Shown here piece after piece: positions 1 through 11,091 of a stretch of DNA of 64,000 nt. The stretch is taken from assembly GCA_963719505.1 (NCBI GenBank), contig CAVRCF010000003.1:1-64000 (forward strand), given 5' to 3'. The notes beneath the pieces were generated by a model that did not search any database, had not been told where the DNA came from, and saw nothing but the letters and a program-made list of their open reading frames with translations. Origin of the DNA: Halobacteriovoraceae bacterium. GTDB taxonomy: Bacteria > Bdellovibrionota > Bacteriovoracia > Bacteriovoracales > Bacteriovoracaceae. Positions within the stretch are counted from its first letter, which is position 1. Each line of letters opens with the position of its first letter. Both the position numbers and the translations under genes were made by a program.

Positions 1-1
1 T

Positions 2-526
2 TTTGAACTTACCGCAAAAATTGCTATCGGTTATGATGAAGATAGTGACTCTCATATTGATGATCAAGTTGGGCTTTTTAAAATCATTAGTAATAGTCTC
101 TATCATTTAGATGTGGCTTGCATTGACCAATCAATTAATATCTTCGATCACCTTTTTGCTATGCTAGGTAAGCTCTCTTTTGAACTAGGTATTTTGCCAG
201 ATTTAAAAAAGTGTCTCTATTGTCATGATGATCTAGAGGGGATTGAACTTTTAAAATTTGAACCTCAAAACGGAGGTTTCTCTTGTGCTGATTGTCTTAT
301 GAGTAAAGATCAATCTCATAATGACAAAAATTTTATCGAAGATATGAAAGAAACTAAGAAACTTCGCTCGGCGTTTCTTTTTGTTTTGCAGATGAAATTT
401 AGTGAAATAGAAACATTGAAAGGAATGACCAGAGGAAATTGTGATGCCCTTTTTAATTACTTTTGTTATCAATTTAACCTGAATAAATTAGATTTTAAAT
501 CGTGGTCTATGGTTGTGGCTTTATAG
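2..526 (+). CDS. recO: DNA repair protein RecO, C-terminal part (5' end outside window)
   Basis: Frame is open from base 2 to the stop. It has an LGILPDLKKCLYC...GGFSCADC zinc-finger pattern typical of the RecO C-terminus and lies near glyQS. Confidence 0.75.
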   Translation, partial: FELTAKIAIGYDEDSDSHIDDQVGLFKIISNSLYHLDVACIDQSINIFDHLFAMLGKLSFELGILPDLKKCLYCHDDLEGIELLKFEPQNGGFSCADCLMSKDQSHNDKNFIEDMKETKKLRSAFLFVLQMKFSEIETLKGMTRGNCDALFNYFCYQFNLNKLDFKSWSMVVAL

Positions 527-1021
527 GAAGTTCGCAAAGTCAGTAAGGCTTTTAAAGTCTTTAAATTCTGAATCCTTCTTGCAGTTTATTGTGACTCCCA
601 TAACGCCAGCAGCTTCTCCACATTGTGCATCAATAACCTTGTCTCCAATCATATAGCTTTGAGATGTATCGATATCGTAAATCGAGAGGCATTCGTTTAT
701 CATGATTGGGCTGGGCTTTCTACAGGAACATCCATCCTCAGGAGCATGAGGACAAAACTTGAGGTCTAGAAATTCAATACCCTCTTCTTTAAATCGCTCG
801 ATCATTGTGCTGTTAAATTGGTGCATCTGGCCCACTGAGAAGATGCCACGTCCAATCCCAGACTGATTGGTAATAATAATAAACTCAAATCCTTTGCTCT
901 GCATGATTTTGAGTGCCGAAAACGAGTCCGAATAGAACTGTAAATCATCGGGGTCGTGCATATAATTCTTGTCAATAATGAGGGTATTATCCCTATCAAA
1001 AAAGATGACTTTTCGCTTCAT
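521..1021 (-). CDS. gmhB: D-glycero-D-manno-heptose 1,7-bisphosphate phosphatase (HAD IIIA)
   Basis: FFDRDNTL, TNQSGIGRG, CPH...CSCRKP and MIGDK motifs. Confidence 0.88.
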   Translation of the reverse strand: MKRKVIFFDRDNTLIIDKNYMHDPDDLQFYSDSFSALKIMQSKGFEFIIITNQSGIGRGIFSVGQMHQFNSTMIERFKEEGIEFLDLKFCPHAPEDGCSCRKPSPIMINECLSIYDIDTSQSYMIGDKVIDAQCGEAAGVMGVTINCKKDSEFKDFKSLTDFANFL

Positions 1022-1086
1022 AATACAAGTGTATCAAGTTTATTATTCTTTTACTATATGAGTCGTATAAGCTAGGATTACGGACT

Positions 1087-2799
1087 ATGATTAATCTTTT
1101 AAAAATGATGTATCCTTTCATCAAACCGTATTTGCGCTTGGCAATTTTCGCAACGCTTTGTGCTTTTCCCATTGCGGCTATAAAAGCTTACCAGGCTTAC
1201 TTTATTAAAGAAGTTATCGACGGAATATTTGATCCAAAGGCCACGGAGATGTTGGCTTATAAGCTGGCTGGAATTGTTGTTGGTCTTGCTATCATTAATT
1301 ATCCTTTTCGCTATTTTCACTATTATGGAATGAGATCTGTCGTGGACCGTGCGACCTGTAATATTAGAAGAAGAATTTACGAAAAGTTTCAAAATCTATC
1401 GGCTAGTTATTATTCTAATACAAAGCAGGGTCATCTTCTTTCGGTGATGATTAACGATACAGCGGTTTTTTCCGAGTCATTTATGCATGGAATGGCACTT
1501 ATAAGAGAACCTATTACGGCCATTGGTCTTTTAGGTGTTGCCTTTTATCATGACTGGAAACTGACTCTTATTATTTTTGCTCTGGTTCCTTTCTTTTTTG
1601 TCATTTTCAATGTGACGGGAAAGAGAATAAGAAAATATATCTCTAGGGCCCAAGAAGATACTGCAGCGATGACCCATCATGCGGCTGAGGGTTTAAACGG
1701 TCAAAAAATTATAAAGTCCTTTAATTTGCAATACTATATGGTGTCTCGCTTTGATCTTGCCTTAAATAAGTATATTGGGCACAAGATAAAAAGTAATTCA
1801 GCTGAAGAGCACTCTCATCCTTTAGTCGAAACGGTGGGGGCCTTTGGTTTTGCCACCATTATTATATTGGCCTATTTTAGGAGTAAAGATTCTGGGCTCA
1901 CCGCTGGTGAATTTATGAGTTTCGTTGGATCATTGGCACTTTTTATGGATCCGGTAAGAAGATTTTCAAAGGCGAATACTAAACTCAATCAAGCTCGAGC
2001 GGCAGCGGATAGAATCTTTAAACTGCTAGAAGTCAAAGAAGAGGAAAATACGGGAACGAAAGTTCTTAAGGAATTTAATTCTAAAATAGAATTTAGAAAT
2101 ATATCTTTCTCTTACGGGGATAGAAATGTTCTTAACAATCTTAGCCTCACGATTCATAAAGGTGAAAAAATTGGCCTTGTGGGTCTTTCAGGTTCTGGAA
2201 AGTCGACCCTTGTTGCCCTTTTGCTGAGACTTTATAATATTCAAGAAGGTGAAATTCTCATCGATGGGGTTAATATAAAAGAGTATACCCTTATCAGTCT
2301 TCGAAAAGTTTTTGCCTTAGTTAGTCAGGATATTTTTCTTTTTAACGATACTGTCAGAGAGAACCTCACGGCGGGAATGGAGTACTCTGAAGAAGAAGTA
2401 ACTGAGGCGATTAGAGTTTCTTACGCCGATGAATTTATCAATAATCTTCCTCAAAAACTCAATACTCAAATCGGTGATAGAGGTTTGAAGCTCTCTGGTG
2501 GACAAAGCCAACGCTTAACAATTGCGAGGGCTTTTTTAAAAGACTGCCCAATTCTTTTGTTTGATGAAGCCACTTCAGCTTTAGATAACGAGTCTGAAAA
2601 GGTCGTGCAAAAAGCTCTGGATAAAGTTGCGGGGCATAAAACTGTTATTGCCGTCGCTCATAGACTTTCAACGATTCAAGATTATGATAGAATTGTGGTT
2701 CTGAAAGAGGGTGTGAAGATCGAAGAGGGAACCCACGCCCAGCTTATAGAGCTTAAGGGTGAGTATGAGAAACTATATAATTTAAGCCAAGTAAATTGA
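1087..2799 (+). CDS. msbA: Lipid A exporter-like ABC transporter (TMD+NBD)
   Basis: N-terminal transmembrane domain, Walker A GLSGSGKS, LSGGQ signature, FDEATSALD; divergent from gmhB. Confidence 0.8.
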   Translation: MINLLKMMYPFIKPYLRLAIFATLCAFPIAAIKAYQAYFIKEVIDGIFDPKATEMLAYKLAGIVVGLAIINYPFRYFHYYGMRSVVDRATCNIRRRIYEKFQNLSASYYSNTKQGHLLSVMINDTAVFSESFMHGMALIREPITAIGLLGVAFYHDWKLTLIIFALVPFFFVIFNVTGKRIRKYISRAQEDTAAMTHHAAEGLNGQKIIKSFNLQYYMVSRFDLALNKYIGHKIKSNSAEEHSHPLVETVGAFGFATIIILAYFRSKDSGLTAGEFMSFVGSLALFMDPVRRFSKANTKLNQARAAADRIFKLLEVKEEENTGTKVLKEFNSKIEFRNISFSYGDRNVLNNLSLTIHKGEKIGLVGLSGSGKSTLVALLLRLYNIQEGEILIDGVNIKEYTLISLRKVFALVSQDIFLFNDTVRENLTAGMEYSEEEVTEAIRVSYADEFINNLPQKLNTQIGDRGLKLSGGQSQRLTIARAFLKDCPILLFDEATSALDNESEKVVQKALDKVAGHKTVIAVAHRLSTIQDYDRIVVLKEGVKIEEGTHAQLIELKGEYEKLYNLSQVN

Positions 2800-2820
2800 T
2801 TAATAGAACTGGAGAAAAAA

Positions 2821-4149
2821 ATGAGTGATACAAGTGTAGATTCTGTAAAAGATATGAGTGAGATCGTGAGTCTTTGTAAAAGACGGGGATTTATTTTTCA
2901 AAGCTCTGAGATCTATGGAGGCCTTGGATCTTGTTGGGATTATGGTCCCCTTGGTGTTGAACTTAAAAATAATATTAAAGATTCTTGGTGGAAAGCCATG
3001 ACTTATAGAGAAGATGTTGAAGGAATCGACGCCTCAATTCTTATGCACCCACAAGTTTGGAAAGCATCTGGACATGTCGATGGATTTTCAGATCCACTTG
3101 TTGACTGTAAGGAATGTAAGGCAAGATTTAGAGCCGATAAAATTGATGTCGATGCTCCTTGTGAAAAGTGCGGAGCTAAAGACTCTTTTACTGAACCTAG
3201 AGATTTTAACTTGATGTTTGAGACGACGATGGGGCCAGTTAAAGATTCAGGATCCACTGTTTATCTTAGACCTGAGACCGCTCAAGGAATTTTTACAAAT
3301 TATTTAAATGTTCAAACAACCATGAGAAAGAAACTTCCTTTTGGTGTGGCCCAAATTGGTAAAGCCTTTAGAAATGAAATCACACCTGGAAATTTTATTT
3401 TTAGAACGAGAGAGTTTGAACAAATGGAGATGCAATACTTCATTAAGCCAGGGACTCAAAATGATGCCATGGAAAAGTGGAAAGAGATCCGTTACCAGTG
3501 GCATATAACGAATGGTCTAGATGCCGATAAATTAAGGTGGCATGATCATGGGCAAGAACTTGCTCACTATGCTGATGCAGCTTTTGATATTGAATATAAT
3601 TTTCCTATTGGTTGGGATGAAATGGAGGGGATTCACTCTCGAACAGATTTTGATCTTGGTCGCCACGCTGAACACTCTGGAAAGAACCTAAATTATGTTG
3701 ATGTCGAAGATGGAAATAAAAAATATATTCCCTACGTTTTAGAGACAAGTGTTGGTTGTGACAGGCATCTTCTTGCTGTTTTATGTAACTCGTATAAAGT
3801 TGAAAATGCGGGAACAAAAGAAGAGAGAACGGTTTTAAAGTTTAAACCTCATCTTGCCCCAATTAAAGTTGCGATCATGCCACTTATGAAAAAACCTGAG
3901 CTTCAAAAAGTTGCCAGAGAAATCCTTGGTGATATGCAAAAGCGATATAAGTGTGAGTACGATATCGCGGGATCAATTGGTAAACGTTATAGAAGACAAG
4001 ACGAAATAGGGACACCATTTTGCATCACTATCGACTATGACACTCTTGAAGACCAAGCTGTGACGGTAAGAGATAGAGATACCATGACTCAGGAGAGAAT
4101 CAAGATCGCGGACCTTCAGTCGTTCATCTTAAATAAGTTTGGGTTTTAA
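2821..4149 (+). CDS. glyQS: Glycine--tRNA ligase, homodimeric type
   Basis: [38 protein letters not shown] and [16 protein letters not shown] motifs. Confidence 0.97.
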   Translation: MSDTSVDSVKDMSEIVSLCKRRGFIFQSSEIYGGLGSCWDYGPLGVELKNNIKDSWWKAMTYREDVEGIDASILMHPQVWKASGHVDGFSDPLVDCKECKARFRADKIDVDAPCEKCGAKDSFTEPRDFNLMFETTMGPVKDSGSTVYLRPETAQGIFTNYLNVQTTMRKKLPFGVAQIGKAFRNEITPGNFIFRTREFEQMEMQYFIKPGTQNDAMEKWKEIRYQWHITNGLDADKLRWHDHGQELAHYADAAFDIEYNFPIGWDEMEGIHSRTDFDLGRHAEHSGKNLNYVDVEDGNKKYIPYVLETSVGCDRHLLAVLCNSYKVENAGTKEERTVLKFKPHLAPIKVAIMPLMKKPELQKVAREILGDMQKRYKCEYDIAGSIGKRYRRQDEIGTPFCITIDYDTLEDQAVTVRDRDTMTQERIKIADLQSFILNKFGF

Positions 4150-4175
4150 TCTAAATATCTAATTATACAGTCAAA

Positions 4176-4200
4176 GGGGTCTGAAAAATTTTCAGTCCCC
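4176..4200 (+). terminator. Stem-loop after glyQS
   Basis: GGGGTCTGAAA-AAT-TTTCAGTCCCC inverted repeat with one mismatch; weak U tract. Confidence 0.45.
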
Positions 4201-4257
4201 CTTATCGATTGGCCTTTCTTTTGAGATGACATTGGGTAACTTCAATAAGGAATTTCA

Positions 4258-4734
4258 ATGAAACTTTTGACTATTGTTTTATCAATATTATCACTTCAAA
4301 TATTTGCAGCAGACCTTGGGATTGAAATTTACAAAGGTATTTCAAATAAAACTCTTTTTACTTCACCTGTTAAAGTAAACTTTTGGTTAAATTCCGCTGA
4401 GTCTCTTTTAGAAAGAGAGCATGATTTTCATGAAAATGTCTCATATGTAGGTGAAGAATGGGATAGAGTTGAGACCTTTTGTGATTTTTCAACTGAGCAA
4501 TCGGAAGAAGCGTATGAGTCTTCAGAGATTTACGTTGAAACAAAGTGGTCCAAGATAGTGGATAAAGAGCTTAAAACGAAGGCTTACTTTTTAACTTTAT
4601 TTGCTAGAGTGAGTGGTAAATTTGGCGTTTGTGATTTTCCAAGATCAACATATGTGATTGGAAAGGATAAAAAAGAAGTCAACTCCGATCTTCTTTGGAA
4701 GAAGTACAGAGTCGACTTTTCAGACTTTCTTTAA
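4258..4734 (+). CDS. Hypothetical secreted protein
   Basis: AAGGA RBS and a Sec signal peptide (MKLLTIVLSILSLQIFA); no recognised domain. Confidence 0.75.
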   Translation: MKLLTIVLSILSLQIFAADLGIEIYKGISNKTLFTSPVKVNFWLNSAESLLEREHDFHENVSYVGEEWDRVETFCDFSTEQSEEAYESSEIYVETKWSKIVDKELKTKAYFLTLFARVSGKFGVCDFPRSTYVIGKDKKEVNSDLLWKKYRVDFSDFL

Positions 4735-4737
4735 TTT

Positions 4738-4938
4738 TTATTCGGCCATAACTTCTTCGTAATCTGAAGGATTTTGTTCATACTGTTGAACACATTGCCT
4801 TCTCTCGTTTCCAGACATCTGAGAACATTCTGTCGCTGGTGTGACAGTAATTCCGTTTGGATGAGCTGGACTCATCGAGTGCCCTGGACCCATAGATGAA
4901 CAACCAATGAATAGTAAACTTAGAAATAGATATTTCAT
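4738..4938 (-). CDS. Small lipoprotein
   Basis: GGAGG RBS before ATG 4938, MKYLFLSLLFIGC lipobox, and a Cys pair in the mature part. Confidence 0.7.
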   Translation of the reverse strand: MKYLFLSLLFIGCSSMGPGHSMSPAHPNGITVTPATECSQMSGNERRQCVQQYEQNPSDYEEVMAE

Positions 4939-4977
4939 AATCCTCCTTACTTCCATAGATATTTTCACATGCTTCTT

Positions 4978-6030
4978 TTAAAAAAACTGCGCGACGATAT
5001 CTTTTAGTTGTTTAATGTCGTACACAATTGAATGATCTCCAATGCTTACCTCAGTAAAACACTCGAATTCTCCCTTAGATAGGGTGATTTCTCTTGGGTT
5101 GGCAAATAGCACAGTGTTGTATTTATGGCCTAATGAGATAAGTTTCGACTCAACCGTCTTTACATCCTCTTTGAAAAAAAGATGAAACATATTTGAGTGA
5201 GGAACTTGGGGGTGAGTTTTAAGAAGTTTGGAGGTATTAAAAATCGCTGCAATCTCACAAGCTTTCTTGAAGTAGAGAGGCATCTTTGAGAGATTTTGCT
5301 GATAAGACATTTGGGCAGAAAGAGCGTAGGGATAAAGATGAATTAAATTTCCACCGTGACGCCTTTGCCAAACTTTTGATTGAGCGATAAATTTATCTTC
5401 TCCTAAAAGCATTGCTCCAGCGATAGCATTGAGCCCTTTGTAAAAAGAGATATAAACGCTGTCAAAAAGGGCACAAATCTCTTTCACTGATTTTTTATAA
5501 TAAGGCGCACATTCCCAAACTCTTGCACCGTCCAAATGAAGAGGTATTTTGTTTTCTCTACAGTATTCGCTAATTTTTTCAAGTTCTTCAAAGGCTGGAG
5601 CTTCTCCACCAAGGTCTCTTTGGGGAAGCTCGTAGAGTAAAGTTGAAATTTCTTTACCTTCAATATCAGACAGTTTTAGACATCTATTTTTTTCACCTAA
5701 AAGAAGTGATTTCATATGATGAAGTTCACGGTACCCATGCTCTTCATAGACTTCCAAGTGAGATAAGGGATGGAAAGCTACGGCAGAGCTGGAGTTTTGG
5801 CTGTGAATTTTTAAAGCAATTTGTTGCGCCATAGTTCCACTGGGCATAAAGACGGCAGCTTCGAAGTCTAAATCCTCTGCGACTTGAATCTCAAAAGAGG
5901 TCAACTGTTCACCGACTCCGTAAAAATCCAGACTGTTTTGCTCGGATGATTTTGCGAATTGAGCAAGTTCGATAAACTCCTCACTTGGCGAGAGACGTTT
6001 ACTTCCGACTAATCGGGTCTTGGGGTGCAT
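4978..6030 (-). CDS. ltaE: Low-specificity L-threonine aldolase (PLP)
   Basis: FMPSGTMAQQIAL, LHLDGAR and SFYKGL (PLP lysine) motifs. Confidence 0.85.
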   Translation of the reverse strand: MHPKTRLVGSKRLSPSEEFIELAQFAKSSEQNSLDFYGVGEQLTSFEIQVAEDLDFEAAVFMPSGTMAQQIALKIHSQNSSSAVAFHPLSHLEVYEEHGYRELHHMKSLLLGEKNRCLKLSDIEGKEISTLLYELPQRDLGGEAPAFEELEKISEYCRENKIPLHLDGARVWECAPYYKKSVKEICALFDSVYISFYKGLNAIAGAMLLGEDKFIAQSKVWQRRHGGNLIHLYPYALSAQMSYQQNLSKMPLYFKKACEIAAIFNTSKLLKTHPQVPHSNMFHLFFKEDVKTVESKLISLGHKYNTVLFANPREITLSKGEFECFTEVSIGDHSIVYDIKQLKDIVAQFF

Positions 6031-6117
6031 ATTCTACCTTTTTTTGTTATCTAACTATGATAAAATACGAACATTCTTTTTCAAATAAAATAATGAAATA
6101 AAACAAGGAAGTAGTTA

Positions 6118-8784
6118 GTGAAAAAATGGGTCTATGGCTTTAGTAGCGAAAAAACTGATGGTGACAAATCTCAAAAGGATTTGTTAGGTGGAAAAGGTGC
6201 AAACCTTGCAGAGATGTGTAATTTAAAACTCCCAGTTCCTCCAGGATTTACAGTCTCAACTGAGGCTTGCTTGGATTTCTATAAACAAGATAAATCAATT
6301 AGTACTGAGATCAAAGATCAAGTTAATGAAGCCCTTGCGATAGTTGAAAAAAGTACAGGCAAAAAATTTGGAGATAAAGAAAATCCTCTTTTGTTTTCTG
6401 TGCGTTCAGGTGCAAAAGTTTCTATGCCTGGAATGATGGATACAGTTCTTAATCTTGGGATGAACGATGCGACTGTTGTCGCCATTGCCGAAAAGACCGG
6501 AAATCCTAGATTTGCTTGGGATTCTTATCGTCGATTTATTCAGATGTTCTCCAATGTTGTCATGGGTTTAAATACTTCCATTTTAGAAGCTCAACTTGAA
6601 GACCTAAAAGAGGCCAGAGAATACAAAGAAGATACAGACCTTGATGAAGAGGATCTACAAGAATTAGTGGATGTTTATAAAGCTGTTCTTTTAGAAGAGT
6701 ACGGAAAGACATTTCCTCAAAATCCAATGGATCAGCTATGGGCCGCAATCGGAGCGGTTTTTGGTTCTTGGAATAATGCCAGAGCGACAAAATATAGAGA
6801 TATGAATGGTTTTTCTCATGATTGGGGAACAGCAGTAAATGTTCAGTCTATGGTCTTTGGAAATACGGGGGATAATTCTGGAACAGGTGTCTGTTTTACG
6901 AGAGATCCATCAACTGGAGAGAAGATTTTCTTTGGTGAGTACCTAATCAATGCACAGGGCGAGGATGTCGTCGCGGGGATTAGAACGCCAGCACCTATAA
7001 ACGAAGCCAGTAAGAATGATTCTAATAGAAGCTTTAAGACTCTAGAAGAAGTTATTCCAAAAGCCTTTAAGGAGCTGACGCAAATATATCAAAGCTTAGA
7101 AGCCCATTATAAAGATATGCAAGATATTGAGTTCACAATTGAAGATGGAAAACTTTATATTCTCCAAACTCGAAATGGAAAAAGAACCGTGAACGCTGCC
7201 CTGAAAATTGCAGTCGATCTTGTGTCTGAAAAAATCTTAACTGAAGAAGAAGCGGTGATGAAGATCGCTCCAGATGAATTGGATAAACTTCTTCACCCAA
7301 GACTTGACCCCAATGCAAAAAAAGAACACTTGGCAACGGGTCTTCCTGCGAGTCCAGGTGCAGCCTGTGGACAAATTGTTTTTGACTCTGAAGTTGCAGC
7401 AACTTGGGTTGAAGGTGGAAAGAAAGTTATCTTAGTTCGACAAGAAACAAGCCCTGAAGATATTGGTGGAATGAATGCAGCTGAGGGAATTCTTACGGCC
7501 AGAGGGGGAATGACCTCCCATGCAGCTGTTGTTGCCAGAGGGATGGGAAAACCATGTGTGGCTGGATGTACAACTCTTTTAATTAGTGAACATGAAAAAA
7601 CACTTACAATTCAAGGACAGGTTTTTAGTGAGGGAGACTATCTGACTCTTGAAGGAAGTTCTGGAGAAGTTTATAAGGGGATCGTTCCGACAATTGATGC
7701 GGAGATCTCATCAAACTTTGCCACCTTTATGTCTTGGGCCGATAAGTTTAGAAGACTAGGGGTGAGGACAAATGCTGATAATCCGGAGGATACTAAAATT
7801 GCGATCGCTTTTGGAGCCGAAGGAATTGGGCTTTGTCGAACAGAACATATGTTTTTTGCACCGGAGAGAATTTTAGCTGTTCGAGAAATGATTTTTGCTT
7901 CTTCTAAAGATGAGAGGCTTAAAGCAATTGCAAAACTTCTTCCTTATCAAAGAGATGATTTTCAAGGGATCTTTAAAGAGATGGAAGGCCTTCCTGTTAA
8001 TATTAGATTGCTAGATCCTCCTTTGCATGAGTTCTTGCCTCACAAAGAAAGTGAAATAGAGGAATTGGCTGAATCTTTAGATCTGGATGTTTTAATTATT
8101 AAGCAAAGACAAGACTCTCTTCATGAATTCAATCCAATGCTTGGACATCGAGGGTGTCGACTGGGAATCACATACCCTGAGATATATAAAATGCAAGTCA
8201 GGGCCATTATGGAAGCAGCGATACTGGCCAGAGATGCCGGCTCAGTTGTTATTCCTGAAATTATGATTCCCCTCATTGCTTCAGCAAAAGAGCTTGAAAT
8301 ATTGAGAAGAGAATCTATTGAAGAAATTAATGATGTTTTCAGTGAACAAGGTAAAGAGATAAAATACAAGATTGGAACGATGTTAGAACTTCCAAGGGCT
8401 TGTATCACAGCCGACGAAGTTGCACCTCATGCAGATTTTTTCTCATTTGGGACAAACGATCTAACCCAGACAACTTTTGGTTTATCTCGTGATGATGCTG
8501 GAAAATTTCTACCGCAGTATCAAGTAAGAAATATTTTTGAAAGAGATCCATTCGTTGCCCTTGATGTTAAGGGTGTTGGCTTTCTTGTGAAGCATGCAGT
8601 AAAAGTCGGTAAAGAAGCAAATTCAAAACTTCACTGTGGAATTTGTGGGGAGCATGGTGGAGAGCCAAGCTCTATTGATTTTTGTCACAAAGCTGGACTC
8701 GACTATGTAAGTTGTTCGCCTTTTAGAGTTCCAATTGCAAGGTTGGCTGCTGCTCAATCAGCGATTAATGAAAAAAATAAGTAG
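6118..8784 (+). CDS. ppdK: Pyruvate, phosphate dikinase
   Basis: LGGKGANLAEM, GGMTSHAAVVARG, SFGTNDLTQ and GICGEHGG motifs. Confidence 0.98.
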   Translation: MKKWVYGFSSEKTDGDKSQKDLLGGKGANLAEMCNLKLPVPPGFTVSTEACLDFYKQDKSISTEIKDQVNEALAIVEKSTGKKFGDKENPLLFSVRSGAKVSMPGMMDTVLNLGMNDATVVAIAEKTGNPRFAWDSYRRFIQMFSNVVMGLNTSILEAQLEDLKEAREYKEDTDLDEEDLQELVDVYKAVLLEEYGKTFPQNPMDQLWAAIGAVFGSWNNARATKYRDMNGFSHDWGTAVNVQSMVFGNTGDNSGTGVCFTRDPSTGEKIFFGEYLINAQGEDVVAGIRTPAPINEASKNDSNRSFKTLEEVIPKAFKELTQIYQSLEAHYKDMQDIEFTIEDGKLYILQTRNGKRTVNAALKIAVDLVSEKILTEEEAVMKIAPDELDKLLHPRLDPNAKKEHLATGLPASPGAACGQIVFDSEVAATWVEGGKKVILVRQETSPEDIGGMNAAEGILTARGGMTSHAAVVARGMGKPCVAGCTTLLISEHEKTLTIQGQVFSEGDYLTLEGSSGEVYKGIVPTIDAEISSNFATFMSWADKFRRLGVRTNADNPEDTKIAIAFGAEGIGLCRTEHMFFAPERILAVREMIFASSKDERLKAIAKLLPYQRDDFQGIFKEMEGLPVNIRLLDPPLHEFLPHKESEIEELAESLDLDVLIIKQRQDSLHEFNPMLGHRGCRLGITYPEIYKMQVRAIMEAAILARDAGSVVIPEIMIPLIASAKELEILRRESIEEINDVFSEQGKEIKYKIGTMLELPRACITADEVAPHADFFSFGTNDLTQTTFGLSRDDAGKFLPQYQVRNIFERDPFVALDVKGVGFLVKHAVKVGKEANSKLHCGICGEHGGEPSSIDFCHKAGLDYVSCSPFRVPIARLAAAQSAINEKNK

Positions 8785-9661
8785 TCAGATAAATTCATTT
8801 CTCAACAACAGCTATATTGACGCAATTGATGTAGCTGTTGTTAATTTTGAAAGTGGAGATTATGAGTCACACTTGCACTCGAAAAAAGATGAGAAGAAAA
8901 TTTTCTTTGATCTAGCAAGTCTCTCAAAGCCACTAATCAATGGAATTGGTTTTTTAAGTCATCAGGATAAAATATCTAAAGAGATGGAGTTGGTTCTCAA
9001 TCATCGTGGCGGGCTTCCCGCTTGGGGGCTTATTTCTAAAAATAAATGGAAAGAGTATATAAAGAGCTTTCCGATTGCTGAATCACCAACCTTGTACTCC
9101 GACTTTTCAGCTCTGCGTTTTATGTTGGAGTTTGACAGTGCCCATGGATCATTACAGAAAGTGGCGGGTGAGCAGTGGGATGCAGACATAAAGTTTTGGA
9201 AAAACCTTGAGGCAGCGGATCAAACTGTACAGAACGGATATATCAAGAAGAAGCCTAACTTTAAAGCTGTCCACGATCCCAATGCTTATAACTTAGATGA
9301 GTTCGTAAGCCACGCCGGTCTTTTTGGCACAGCAGAGGCAGTGGCAAAAACCTTATTAAAATTAAATACAAAATATAATTTATTGGAGATGATGAACTCA
9401 ACTCTAATAAGCTCACCCCACCGCTTTAATGGTGGATGGGATAGAGTTGAGGATATCAACAATACCTTCGCTGGTGTTGGATGTTCAAAGGAAACTTTTG
9501 GGCACTTGGGGTTTACTGGTACTTCTATTTGGATTGATACAAATAAGAAGTTGGGACATATAATTTTAGCCAATGCAACGAAGCATTTTTGGTTTGATAA
9601 GGGCGAGTTTAATAAACTGAGAAAAAACATCGCCTCTGAAGTTTGGAGTGAAAGAAAATGA
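8768..9661 (+). CDS. Serine hydrolase, beta-lactamase/AmiE-like family
   Basis: SxxK (ASLSK), YSD, VHDPNA, HAGLF and GHLGFTGT motifs; ATG 8768 overlaps the end of ppdK. Confidence 0.8.
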   Translation: MKKISSQINSFLNNSYIDAIDVAVVNFESGDYESHLHSKKDEKKIFFDLASLSKPLINGIGFLSHQDKISKEMELVLNHRGGLPAWGLISKNKWKEYIKSFPIAESPTLYSDFSALRFMLEFDSAHGSLQKVAGEQWDADIKFWKNLEAADQTVQNGYIKKKPNFKAVHDPNAYNLDEFVSHAGLFGTAEAVAKTLLKLNTKYNLLEMMNSTLISSPHRFNGGWDRVEDINNTFAGVGCSKETFGHLGFTGTSIWIDTNKKLGHIILANATKHFWFDKGEFNKLRKNIASEVWSERK

Positions 9662-11091
9662 ATTTAGAAAATATGATTGAGGGAGAAGCTCTTTTAAAAA
9701 GAAAAGAGAGTATAAAGAAAGTCTTCTTCTATAGAATTTGTGGAACAGGCATGGGAGCTTGTGCATGCCTTCTTAAAGAAGCTGGTTTTGAAGTCGAAGG
9801 CGCTGACCAAAGTTTCTCACCTCCAATGAGCACATACTTAGATTCAACTGGGATCCCTTGTCACTCTTTAGATAAAGTTGATACTAAATTTCTTCAAAAA
9901 TACGATCTCATTATTGTTGGAAACTCAGTTCCAAGAAATTCAGAACACGCAGCTTTAATTGAATCCTGTGGCGTATCTTTCACGTCATTTCCCACAATCT
10001 TAGGTCAGTTTCTTTTAAAAGATAAAGAGGTTATCGGTATTGCCGGAACCCATGGTAAAACGACGACGACATATTTTTTGACCCAAATGCTTGAATCACT
10101 TGGTGAAGACACAGGTTATCTTATAGGCGGGATCATTGATGGGAGAGCTCCCTCTCGAATTGGGAAGAGTAAATTTTTTGCTATTGAATCAGATGAATAC
10201 GACTCAGCATATTTTCAGAAGTACTCAAAATTTAGACAATATGAAATCGACTCATTGGTTGTAACCTCCCTTGAGTATGACCATGCTGACATCTTCGCAG
10301 ATATGGAAGCTATAGAGTCAGAGTTTGAAGCAGTATTGCCAAAAATTTCTAACACCGTCATTGCCAATGATGCTTATCCCTCTATTCAAAAACTAAGTAA
10401 AAAAGCTACAACACCTTTTCTTATTTATGGCTTAGACTCTGAAGTTGGTCCCAGAGAAATTGTGACAAAAGATGGTCTCACTTCATTTAAAATGGTGATT
10501 AAGAATCAAGAAGAATCTTTTTCAACAAATATTATAGGTGTTCATAATATTTTAAATATCGCCTCAGCTATTATTGTTTTAGTTAACTATGGCTTTGAGG
10601 TTGAAAAGGTTCGAAAAGCGACTCAAAAGCTTGGACTGGTTAAAAGACGTCAAGAGGTTCGAGGAGTTTATCAAGACTCAATAGTTATTGATGACTTCGC
10701 TCACCACCCGAAAGCTATTACTTTAACAACTGAAGCTATCAGGGAGAGATTTCCAGGTAGACAGATTATTACAATCTTTGAGCCCGTCTCTGCCACAGCG
10801 AGAAGTAATGTCTTTCAGAACGAATTTAGAGATAGTTTGGCCTTGTCTGATAAAGTCATTATTGCTAGGTCACCCATAAAGACGACAGCAAAAAATGGAA
10901 AAGATCTAGACTGTGAAAAACTTATTCAAGAGATTAACGAGATTGGGAAAAGCTCATTTCTTTGTAATAATTTAGAAGATCTGCAAGGTAAAATTGATGA
11001 CTGGGCCAATAAAGACAACTTGCTTTTAATTTTGAGTAATAGAACCTGTCTAGGATTATGGGAGTCTGACTTTGTTAAAAAGCTTCGTTAG
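9658..11091 (+). CDS. mpl: Murein peptide ligase (Mpl/MurC family)
   Basis: ICGTGMG, AGTHGKTTT, ESDEYDSAYF, LEYDHADIF and DDFAHHP are Mpl-type motifs. Confidence 0.85.
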   Translation: MNLENMIEGEALLKRKESIKKVFFYRICGTGMGACACLLKEAGFEVEGADQSFSPPMSTYLDSTGIPCHSLDKVDTKFLQKYDLIIVGNSVPRNSEHAALIESCGVSFTSFPTILGQFLLKDKEVIGIAGTHGKTTTTYFLTQMLESLGEDTGYLIGGIIDGRAPSRIGKSKFFAIESDEYDSAYFQKYSKFRQYEIDSLVVTSLEYDHADIFADMEAIESEFEAVLPKISNTVIANDAYPSIQKLSKKATTPFLIYGLDSEVGPREIVTKDGLTSFKMVIKNQEESFSTNIIGVHNILNIASAIIVLVNYGFEVEKVRKATQKLGLVKRRQEVRGVYQDSIVIDDFAHHPKAITLTTEAIRERFPGRQIITIFEPVSATARSNVFQNEFRDSLALSDKVIIARSPIKTTAKNGKDLDCEKLIQEINEIGKSSFLCNNLEDLQGKIDDWANKDNLLLILSNRTCLGLWESDFVKKLR